Origin: the human T2T-CHM13v2.0 reference genome, Homo sapiens
Reading direction: 5' to 3' (one strand)
Assembly: GCF_009914755.1 (NCBI RefSeq)
Contig: NC_060936.1
Length of the DNA: 64,000 nucleotides
Shown here: in pieces, positions 14,750-26,049 of the stretch
Layout: every line of letters begins with the position of its first letter
Position numbering within the stretch: the first letter of the stretch is position 1
Position numbers and translations under genes: made by a program
Notes under the pieces: model-generated
The model's input: only the letters and a program-made list of their open reading frames with translations
The model's database searches: none
Told to the model about the DNA's origin: nothing

Positions 14750-15305
14750 CTTTCTTTTTAAATTTTTTATTTCCTTAAGTTATTGGGGAACAGGTGTTTG
14801 GTTACATGATTAAGTTCTATAGTGGTGATTTGTGAGATTGTGGTGCGTCCACCACCCAAGCAGTATACACTGCACACAATTTGTAGTCTTTTATCCCTCA
14901 ATCCCTTTCCACCCGTTCCCTCCAAGTCCCCAAGTCCATTGTGTCATTCTTATGGCTTTGCATCCTCATAGCTTAGGTCCCACTTATGAGTGAGAACATG
15001 CAGTGTTTGCTTTTCCATTCCTAAGTTACTTCACTTAAAATAATAGTCTCCAATCTCATCCAGGTCGCTGTGAATATTGTTAATTCATTTCTTTCATGGC
15101 TGAGTAGTATTCCATCACACACACACACATATATATGTATATATATGTATATATATACACGTATAGCTATATATATCACAGTTTCTTTATCCACTGGTTG
15201 ATTAATCGGCAAAATTCATATTTTTGCAATTGCAAATTGTGCTGCTATAAACATGCATGTGCAAGTATCATTTTTGGATAATGACTTCTTTTCCTCTGTG
15301 TAGAT
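14750..15305 (-). mobile_element. 5'-truncated L1PB 3' end
   Basis: L1PB 3'UTR (GTTATTGGGGAACAGGT...AGTGGTGATTTGTGAGAT); (CA)/(TA) microsatellite at about 15116-15177. Confidence 0.85.
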
Positions 15306-15825
15306 ACTCTTCATCCAGTGATTTGACTGTCAAAATTTCTCTTTCTTTTAAACCCTATGCTTCAAAATGTCAAAAAATTCTGTCAGTTCTTCCTTTAAAA
15401 TATATCCTAACTTTGAGCTATCAATTACATATTTTTATTCTTTTATTTTTATTTTATTTATTTTTATTTTTCTATAGGTTATTGGGGTACAGGTGGCGTT
15501 TGGTTACATGAGTAAGTTCTTTAGTGGTAATTTGTGAGATTTTGGTGCACCCGTCACCCGAGCAGTGTACACTGCACCTTATTTGTAGTCTTTTATTCTT
15601 CACCACTCTCCCCGCCTTTCCCTCCAAGTCCCCAAAGTCTATTGTGTCATTCTTATGCTTTCGTGTCCTCATAGCTTAGCTCCTACATATCAGTGAGAAC
15701 ATACAATGTTTGGTTTTCCATTCCTAAGTTACTTCACTTAAAATAATAGTAATAGTCTCCAGTCTCATCCAGGTGGCTGTGAATGCCGTTAATTCAGTCC
15801 TTTTTTTGGCTGAGTGATATTCCAT

Positions 15826-15950
15826 CATATATATCTTTATATCAATCAATGAGTGGATTTTTATCCACTCATTGATTGATAGCATATATTGATTGATGGT
15901 TTATATTGATTGATAGCATATATATCTTTATATCAATCAATGAGTGGATT
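15826..15950. repeat. Perfect 19-bp inverted repeat plus 34-bp direct repeat inside L1PB
   Basis: TATCAATCAATGAGTGGAT-TTTT-ATCCACTCATTGATTGATA at 15840-15881; CATATATATCTTTATATCAATCAATGAGTGGATT at 15826 and 15917. Confidence 0.95.
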
Positions 15951-16644
15951 GATAGCATTTGGATTGGTTCCACTATTTTGCAATTGCTAATTGTGCTGCT
16001 ATAAACATGTGTGTGCAAGTTGTTTTTTTTTTTTGTATAGTGACTTCTTTTCCTCTGGGTTGATACCCAGTAGTGGGATTGCTAAATCAAATGGTAGTTC
16101 TACTTTTAGCTCTTTAAGAAATCTCTGCACTGCTTTCCATAATGGTTGTACTAGTTTACATTTCCACCAGCAGTGTGGAAGTGTTCCCTGATCACCACAT
16201 CCATGCCAACATCTCTTTTTTTTTTATTTTTTGATTATGGCCATTCTTGCAGGAGTAAGGTGGTATTGCATTGTGGTTTTGATTTGCATTTCCTTGATAG
16301 TTTGTGATGCTGAGCATTTTTTCATCTGTTTGTTGGCCATTTGTGTATCTTCTTTTGAGAATTGTCTATTCATGTCCTTAGCCCAATTCTTGATGGGATT
16401 GTTTGTTTTTTCCTTGCTGATATGTTTGAGTTCACTGTTGATTCTAGATATTAGTCCTTCGTCAGATGCATAGACTGTGAAGATTTTCTCCCACTCTGTG
16501 GGTTTTCTGTTTTATCTCTGTTCCTTTTGCAATGCAAAAGCTCTTCAGTTTAATTAAGTCCCAGCTATTTATTTTTGTTTTTATTGCATTTGCTTTTGGG
16601 TTCTTGGTCATGAAATCTTTGCCTAAGCCAATATCTAGAAGGAT

Positions 16645-16715
16645 ATGTTATCTTTGATATCTAAAAGATATCCAATGTTATCTTTGATATCTAAAAGATA
16701 TCCAATGTTATCTTT
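16645..16715. repeat. 30-bp tandem repeat, about 2.3 copies
   Basis: Unit ATGTTATCTTTGATATCTAAAAGATATCCA. Confidence 0.95.
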
Positions 16716-16997
16716 TAGAAGTTTTACAGTTTCAGGTCTTAGATTTAAGTCCTTAATCCATCTTGAGTTGATTTTTGTATGAGATGAGGGATCAGATTCC
16801 ACTTTCATTCTCTTACATGTGGTTAGCCAATTATCCTAGTGCCATTTGTTGAAAATGGTGTCCTTTCCTTTCCCCACTTTGTGTTTTTGTTTGTTTTGTT
16901 GAAGATCAGTTGGCTGTGAGTGTTAAGGCTTATTTCTGCATTCTTTATTCTGTTACATTGGCCTATGTGCCTATTTTTGTACCAGTACCATGCTGTT

Positions 16998-17174
16998 TTG
17001 GTGACTATGGCCTTATAGTATAGTTTGAAATCAGGTAGTTTGAGTTGATGACTATGGCCTTATAGTATAGTTTGAAATCAGGTAGTTTGAGTTGATGACT
17101 ATGGCCTTATAGTATAGTTTAAAATCAGGTAGTTTGATTTGGTGACTATGGCCTTATAGTAGTTTGAAATCAGA
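16998..17174. repeat. 47-bp minisatellite, about 3.7 copies, inside L1 ORF2
   Basis: TGACTATGGCCTTATAG starts at 17002, 17049, 17096 and 17143. Confidence 0.95.
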
Positions 17175-19669
17175 TTTTTTCTTTTTGGTTAGTCTTGCTT
17201 TGTCCATGTAGGCTCTTTTTTGGTTCCATATGAATTTTAGAATTTTTTTTCTCATTCTGTGAAGAATGATGGTGGTGTTTTGATGGGAATTGCATTGAAT
17301 TTGTAGATTGCTTTTGGCAGCATGGTCATTTTCACAATATTGATTCTACCCCTCCATGAGCATGGGATGTATTTCCATTTGTTGGTGTCGTCTATGATTT
17401 CTTACAGCGGTGTTTTGTATTTTTACTTGTAGAGGTCTTTCACCTTCTTGGTTAGGCATATTCTTAAGTATTTTATGTTTTTTGCAGCTATTGTGAAAGG
17501 GGTTGAGTTCTTGATTTGATTCTCCCCTTGGTCACTGTTGGCATATAGAAGAGCTACTGGTTTGTCTGGTTTGTGTACATTAATCTTGTATCTGGAAACT
17601 TTACTGAATTATTTTATCAGTTTTACGTACTTTCTGGAAGAATCCTTAGGGCTTCCAAGGTCAATGATCATATCATAAGCAAATAGTGACAGTTTGACTT
17701 CCACTTTACTGATTTGGATGCCCTTTATTTCTTTCTCTTGTCTGATTGCTCTGGCTAGGACTTCCAATACTATGTTGAAGAGAAGTGGTGAGAGTGGGCA
17801 TCCTTTTCTTGTTCCAGTTCTCAGAGGGAACACTTTCAACTTTTCCCCATTCAGTATTATGTTGACTGTGGGTTCGTCATAGATGGCTTTTATTACATTA
17901 AGATATGTCCCTTGTATGCCGATTTTGCTGAGAGTTTTAATCATAAAGTGATGCTGGATTTTGTCAAATGTTTTTCCTGCCTCTGTTGAAATAATCATGT
18001 GATTTTTGTTTTTAATTCTGTTTATGTCTGTATCGCATTTATTGACTTACGTATGTTAAACCATCCCCGCATCCTTGTTATGAAGCCCACTTGATCATGG
18101 TGGATATTCTTTTTGATATGTTGTTGAATTCGGTTAGCTAGTATTTTGTTAAGGATTTTAGTACCTATGTTCATCAGGAATATTGGTCTGTAGTCTTCTT
18201 ATTTGGTTATGTTCTCTCCTGGTTTTGGTATTAGGGTGATGCTGACTTCATAGAATGAATCAGAGATTTCCTCTTAGTTTGAATCCATTTGCTGGTGAGC
18301 TAGTGTGATTTTGGGATGATATTAAAGAGCCTTGTTTTGTCATATTTCCAGAGTTGGTCTTCTGGTTCCTTCTCATTTGTGTAGCCTCTGTCAGAGGGAA
18401 GGTCTAGGGCTGAAGGCTGCGGTTCAGATTCTTTTGTCCCATGGGGTGTTCCCTTGATGTAATACTCTCCTCCTTTTCCTATGGATGTGGCTTCCTGAGA
18501 GCTGAGCTGTAGTGATTGTTGTCTGTCTTCTGGGTCTAGGCACCCAGCAAATCTACCAGGCTCTAGGCTGGTACTGGGGGTTGTCTGCACAGAGTCCTGT
18601 GATGTGAACCATCTTTGGGTCTCTCAGCCTGTTCTGAGAGAATATACCAGCACCTGTTCTGGTGGAGGTGGCATGGGGGTGAAATGGACTCTGGAGTTCT
18701 TAGCTTTGGTGGTTTAATGCTTCATTTTTGTGCTGGTTGGCCTCTGGCCACCTCCTGCCAGGAGGTGGTACTTTCCAGACAGCATCAGCTATGGTAGTAT
18801 GGAGAAAAACTTGTGGTGGGTGGGGCCCTAGAACTCCCGAGGGTACATACCCTTTTTGTTCAGTTAGCAGGGTGGGTAGGGAAGGACCATCAGGTGAGGG
18901 CAGGGCTAGGCGTGTCTGAGCTCAGACTCTCTTCGGGCTGGTCTTGCTGTGGCTGCTATGGGGGATGGGAATGAGGTTCCCAGGTCAATGGAGTTATGTA
19001 CATAGGAGAATTATGGCTGCCTCTGCTAGGTCATGCAGGCTGTCAGGGAAGTGGGGGAAAGCTGGCAGTCAGTGAAGGGCTGGTCTCACTCTCACTGTGC
19101 CCCTACAACAGCACTGAGTCTATTTCCAGGCAGTGGGAAAGCAGGGCTGAGTACTTGCCCCAGGCTACTTGTCTGCCAGCTGTGAAAGAAAGTAGGGCTT
19201 TAGTTCTTCCCCTGCCTATGGAGTCTGCACGCTAGATTCATGTCTTCTCCTGAGTTCTGGCCAGGAGGCTTCTCAGACCAGTTCAAATTGTTACAAAGTT
19301 CAGCTGGAGAGTTCCTTCTCCCTGTCACGCTTTCCCTGCACCTCTGGCCACCCTCCCAAAGGATCCTTGTGATGCCAGTCAGGAATGGCCTGCTTGGGGA
19401 CCCAGCAAGCTCAGAGGCTGTTTCCCGCTGCTTCCTTTACCCCTGTGTTTCACTTGTCTCCTAAATTAACTCAGCTCCAGGAAATATTTCAATTACTCTG
19501 ATTTGATTATATGAATGTATCAAATTATCACATGTACCCTGAAAATATGTATATCCAATATGCATCAATAAAAGTAAGTAATTTTTAAAATGTAGGAAGG
19601 CACCAAAAAAAAATCCAGAAGGATAATTTTTTTACATCAAAATAAAGGCAAAAAACCTGTAAGGGGATA

Positions 19670-20875
19670 AAAGACTTAAATATAAAATCCAAAACCATAA
19701 AAACTCTAGAAGAAAACTTAGGCAATACCATTCAGGACATAGGCATGGGCAAGAACTTCATGACTAAAACACAAAAAGCAATTGCAACAAAAGCCAAAAT
19801 TGACAAATGGGATCTAATTAAACGAAAGAGCTTCTGCACAGCAAAAGAAGCTATCATCAGGGAGAACAGGTAAGCCACAGAATGGGAGAACATTTTTGCA
19901 ATCTATCCATCTGACATAGGTCTAATATCCAGAATCTACAAGGAACTGAAACAAATTTACAAGGAAAAAAAAAAACCTCATCAAAAAGTGGGCAAAGGAT
20001 ATGAACAGACACTTTTCAAAAGAAGACATTTATGCACCCAGCAAACATACGAAAAAAAAGCTCATCATCACTGGTCATTAGAGAAATGCAAATCAAAACC
20101 ACAATGAGATACCATGTCATGCCAGTTAGAATGGTGATCATTAAAATGTCAGTAAACAGCAGATGCTGGAGAGGATGTGCAGAAATAAGAATGCTTTTAC
20201 ACCATTGGTGGGAGTGTAAATTAGTCCAACCATTGTGGAAAATAGTGTGGCAATTCCTCAAGGATATAGAACTAAAAATATCATTCGACCCATCAATCCC
20301 CATCAATCCTGGGTATATACCCAAAGGATTATAAATCATTCTACTATAAAGACACATGCACACGTGTGTTTATTATAGCACTATTTACGATAGCAAAGAC
20401 TTGGAACCAATGCCCATCAACAATAGACTGGATAATGCCCAACCCAAAGACCCATCAACAATAGACTGGATAAAGAAAATGTGGCACATATACACCATGA
20501 AATACTATACAACTATAAAAAAGAATGAGTTCATGTCCTTTGCAGGGACATAAATGAAGCTGGAAACCATCATTCTCAGAAAACTAATACAGAAACAGAA
20601 AACCAAACACTGCATGTTCTCACTCAGGTGGGAGTTAAACATTGAGAACACATGGACACAGGGAGGGGAACATCACACGCCGGGACCTGCCGGGGGGTGG
20701 GGGGCAAGGGGAGGGAGAGTATTAGGACAAATACGTAATGCATGCGAGGCTTAAAATCTAGATGACAGGTTGATAGGTGCACCAAACCACCATGACACAT
20801 GTAAATATATACCTATTTAACAAATCTGCATGTTCAGCATATGTATTCCAGAACTCAAAGTAAATTTTTAAAAAG
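19670..20875 (+). mobile_element. L1PA (L1PA7/8-like) 5'-truncated copy
   Basis: ORF 20032-20334 ([13 protein letters not shown]...[14 protein letters not shown]); G-rich 3'UTR at 20690-20720; small internal duplication of CCCATCAACAATAGACTGGATAA at about 20413 and 20451. Confidence 0.92.
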
Positions 20876-20979
20876 TTACTTTTAAAGAAACATGGGGCTA
20901 ACTTTCTATGTGCTAAGAATTTGTCTCAATATTATTTTCCCCACAAAGTAATTAAGCAATATTCCAGAATTAAATTAAA

Positions 20980-23885
20980 AAAAAATTTTATGGGTACATA
21001 ATAGGTGTATATATTTATGGGGTGCATAAGATATTTTGATAGAGGCATGCAATGCTTAATAGTCACATCAGGGTAAATGGGGTATCCATCACCATTAAGC
21101 ATTTATCCTTTGTGTTAACTGACAATCTAATTATAATCTTTTGGTTATTTAAAAATAAACAATTATTTTTGATGACAGTCACCCTGTTGTGCTAGCAAAT
21201 ACTATGTCTTATTCTTCTAACTATATTTTGTACCTATTAACTATCCCCACTTTCTCTCAACACCAATTACTACCATTCCGAGCCTCTGGTAACCATTCTT
21301 TTACCATCTTCATGAGTTCAATTGTTTTAATTTTTACCTCCCACAAGTAAGTGAGAATATGTGAAGTTTATCTTTCTGTTCCTGGCTTATTTTGTTCAAC
21401 GTGATGACCTCCAGTTCCATCCATGTTGTTGCAAATAACAGGATCTCATTATTTTTATGGCTGAATAGTACTCCATTGGGTATATATACCACATTTTATT
21501 TATCCATTTCTCTGTTGATAGAAGCTTTGGTTGATTCTCAACCTTGGCTATTGTGAATAATGCTGCAATAAATATGGGATTGCATGGTACAGGTAGTTAG
21601 TCAGGCATGAGCAGGGCAGGAGAGGACTCCCCGCACTCACCCACCAGGAATGTCAGGTGACCATCAGGTGACAGCTCAGCAGTTATCACACTGCCTCTCT
21701 AAAAATGATAATTGGCAGCCAGCCCCAGGGAGGGCCAATTTCCTGATGGCCCACAGCTGCCACACTAAAGTGATAATTGATTGCAGGAACCAGGGAGAGG
21801 CAACTTCCCAAACAGATAAAAACACTTTACATTGGTAATATGCTTCCAGTAAAATCTCAGGAATTGGGCAAGTGAGCTTGGGCATGTGCATTAAGAGACA
21901 AAATATTGGAGTATGACCTTCTGGGGGCATTCAACCAGAAAAGGGAAGAAAGCTTCAGATGGGCATGCATACAACTCCCTAAACACACTGCGCATGCTCA
22001 CCTCCCAAGCAAAAGGAGGGCACGGCACATGCGGTCAGGCCACCCTAACGGAAGAGTCATGGGGAAAGAGGAGCAAGACACCAGGAGTGGACAAACATAT
22101 AAAGTCCTAGGATCAAGGTTAAACACAGCACTTGTCCTTCAAGTCGCCTGCTTGAGTCTCTTTCAAATGTACTTTCCTTTCTTTTCTGCTCTAAATCTTT
22201 TTTAAAATAAACTTCCACTCCTGCTCTGAAACTTGCCTCTGTCTGTTTTTCTGCCTTATGCCCCTCAGTTAAATTATCTCCTGAGGAAGCAAGTATTGAG
22301 GTTGCTGCAGACCCATATGGATTCACCACTGGTAACTTGAATACTCAACCCATAACATGCAGTTATCTCTTCATTATAATGATATCGATCTCTTCAGTAT
22401 AATTTCCATTCTTTTGAGCATATACCTAGCAGTGGGATTGCTGAATTGTATGATAGCTCTATTTTTAGATATTGAAGAAACTACATACTGTTCCCTGTAG
22501 TGGTTGTGCTAATTTAGATTCCCATCAACAGTGCATAAGGATTCCCTTTTCTCCACATCCTCACTAGCATTTGTTACTGGTGGTGTTTTGGATAAAAGCC
22601 ATTTTAATTAGGATGAGATAATATCTAATTGTAATTTTGATTTGGATTTCTCTGATGATCAGTGATGTTGAGCACCTTTTCACACACCTGTATGCCATTT
22701 GTATGTCTTCTTTTGAGAAATGTATATTCAAATCTTTTGCACAATTTTATTGAATTACCGGATTTTTTTCCTATAGATTATTTGAGCTTCTTACATATTC
22801 TGGTTGTTAATTCCTTGTCAGATGAGTAGTTTGTAATTATTTTTCTTCATTCTGTGGGTTGTCTCTTCACTTCGTTGATTGTTTTCTTTGCTGTGCAGAA
22901 GGTTTTAAATTTGATCCCACTTGTCCATTTTTGTTTTGGTTGCCGGTGATGGTTGGGTATTGCTCAAGAAATTTTTGCCCAGACCAATGTCCTAGAGAGT
23001 TTCCCCAAAGTTTTCTTGTAGTAGTTTCATGGTTTGAAGTCTTAGATTTATATCTTCAATCCATTTTGATGTGATTTTTGTATATGGCAAGAGATAAAGA
23101 TCTAGGTTTATTCCTCTGAATATGGATATGCAGTTTTTACACCACTATTTATTGAAGAGACTGTCGTTTCTCTAATGTATGTTCTTAGGACCTTTGTCAA
23201 AAACGAGTTCACTGTAGATATTTAGATTTGTTTCTGGGTTTTCTATTCTGTTCCATTGGTTTATGTCTTTTTTTTTTTTTTTTTTTTTGCCAGTACCATG
23301 CCATTTTGTCTACTATAGCTCCATAGTACAATTTAAAGTCAGATAATGTGGTTATTTCAGTTACATTCTTTTTGCTTAAAATAACTGTGGCTGTTGTGGG
23401 TCTATTATGGTTTCATATAAATTTTAGGATTGTTTTGTTTGTTTTTGTAAAGAATGTCATTAGTAATTTGATATAGGTTGCAGTAAATCTATAGATTGCT
23501 TTAGGTAGTATGGACATTGTAACAATTTTGATTCTTCCAATCCATGAACATGAAATATTCTCCATTTTTTGTGTCCTCTTCAATTTCTTGCATCAATTTT
23601 TTTGTTTTTTATTGTAGACATCTTTTACAGTTTTGTTAATTCCTAGGCATTTTATTTTATGTGTAGCCCTTGTAAATGATTTTTTTTCAGATTGTTCACT
23701 ATTGGCATTTAGAACTGTTACTGATTTTTTGTATGTCAATTTTGTATCCTGCAACCTCACTAAATTGTTTTATAACTTCAAATGATTTTTTGGTGAAGTA
23801 CTTAGGCTTTTCTAAATATAAGATTATATTATAAATTTGACATCTCCCTTTCCAGTTTACATGTCCTTTGTTTCTTTTTCTTTTT
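20980..23885 (-). mobile_element. L1MA 3' half interrupted by MER50
   Basis: L1MA 3'UTR at 20980; ORF2 text to about 23870 (FSEVAGYKIDIQK in ORF 23699-23962). Confidence 0.9.
21585..22357 (+). mobile_element. MER50 solo LTR (ERV1)
   Basis: TG...CA ends; 4-bp TSD TGCA at 21581-21584 and 22358-22361; GGTAGTTAGTCAGGCATGAGCAGGGCAGGAGAGG start; TATAAA near 22098, AATAAA near 22206. Confidence 0.88.
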
Positions 23886-24560
<675 letters not shown>

Positions 24561-24564
24561 AAAA

Positions 24565-24670
24565 AGCCTCTTGAGGCTGTTCCCCAAGCCCCAGGCTATG
24601 ATCACTTATATTTGGCTCAGAATAAACCTTTTTAAATTTTTTAGAGTTTGGCTTTTTTTTTTCCCCAACA
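24565..24670 (+). mobile_element. MER4-group LTR 3' fragment
   Basis: ATATTTGGCTCAGAATAAACC...AGAGTTTGGCTTTTT...AACA. Confidence 0.65.
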
Positions 24671-24887
24671 CCATCTTGTTGCTGCCCAGCATCACCTAAA
24701 CACATAAACACTTTATCTGATTCTTCTAACTTATTGACAAATTCCTTGCCCTATCCCCCTTTCAGGTGATGGCTGGAAGGTCTCCTTCTGGAAGAGACTT
24801 CTTTTATGAAACCCTGTCCAAGCACTGCCCAATAAACTTGCTGTGTGCTTAGGGGTGGTTGTTGCTTCATTTCGGTGGATGAGTAGG

Positions 24888-25371
24888 TGTATTTGTTTTC
24901 TAGGACTTCTGTAACAAAGTATCCCAAATTGAGTGGTTTAAACAAAAGAAGTTATTTTCTCACAAGCCTTGGAGGCTAAAAGTCTGAGATCAAAGTGTCA
25001 GTAGGACTTGCTAATTCTGAGGGCTATGAGAAAGAATCTGTTCTGTGTCTGTTCCCTAGCTTCCTGAGCTTTGCTAGCAATTCTCTGTGTTCTTTGACTT
25101 GTAGAAGCATCAACCTGGTCTCTGCCTTTATCATCACTAACATCATGTGGTGTTCTCCCTGTGAGTGTCTATGTCCAAATTTCCCCTTCTTATAATGACA
25201 CCAGTCATATTGATTCACCTTACTCTAGTAAGACCTCATTTTAACTAATTACATCTGCAATAAACCTATTTTCAAAATAGTTCACATTCTGAGTTCCTTG
25301 GTGGGGGAGGGTGGTGGTTAATACTTCTTCAACATATGATTTTTTAGGGGGATACACTTCAACCCATAACA
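24888..25371 (-). mobile_element. MLT1B/C solo LTR
   Basis: GTAACAAAGTATCCCAAATTGAGTGGTTTAAAC...TTAATTACATCTGCAA-like...CAACCCATAACA. Confidence 0.85.
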
Positions 25372-25399
25372 ATAGGTAGATAAGTCACAGTTCAGAAGT

Positions 25400-25635
25400 T
25401 GACACTGACTCACATGGAGTTTTGTATATGTTTGAGACATTGTCTGATATTCCCAAATGTCAATTGTCTAGTAAGTGATTGGACAGGAGATACAGCATTC
25501 AAAGGAGAGATCAAGCTAGAGATACAAAATTATAAAATCAAGAACCATACTCATATAATCACTGATGCCATATGCATTACTGATATTAATTAAGGGAAGA
25601 TAATACAGAGAAGAGAACTTAGGATTGTACATTGA
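25400..25635 (-). mobile_element. L2 fragment
   Basis: GGAGAGATCAAGCTAGAGATACAAAAT...AGAGAAGAGAAC pattern. Confidence 0.5.
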
Positions 25636-26049
25636 GCTTTATTGGAGAGAAATGACTATAATCACAGTAATTTATAATATAATTATTCAGCTGTCTTAGG
25701 GTGTATGGAAAGTACTGTATGGAAGACAGAAGTATAAAATTCATGATTTAAAGGAAACACTAAAACATCAATACCTTTCAGAACAAAATAAGAAGGTAAT
25801 ATAGGATAAGCTTCACCTTATTATATTGTAATAAGCATTCTCTCTTATTCCAATCAAAATCTGAAAATCCATTTCCTGCATAACAGTGTGCGTATGTTTC
25901 TGTGTCATAAGTTTAGAGTTATGAAGGTGAAAGTTTGGAATGGAGGTGTTTTGAATGGAAACTTTCAAAAAAGCTTTCAGCTGGAGAATTGCTAACCTTT
26001 CCAAACTAATTTGTTTTCCACCAGCCACTGATGACCTTTTCATTTTTAG

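Larger units (their letters stand above)
15430..19481 (-). mobile_element. L1PB retaining its 5'UTR and 3' end, with a large internal deletion
   Basis: 3'UTR at 15430; RT text in ORF 17609-17998 ([32 protein letters not shown]); ORF1 start and GC-richer 5'UTR at about 18260-19481. Confidence 0.9.

Noticed and set aside
16998-17174. Regularly spaced repeats resembling a CRISPR array
   Set aside because: Head-to-tail tandem copies with no unique spacers, inside a primate L1.
25636-25642. Minus-strand AATAAA as the poly(A) signal of the MGAT4-like relic
   Set aside because: No poly(A) tail or TSD follows and it borders an L2 fragment, so it was not used as evidence.
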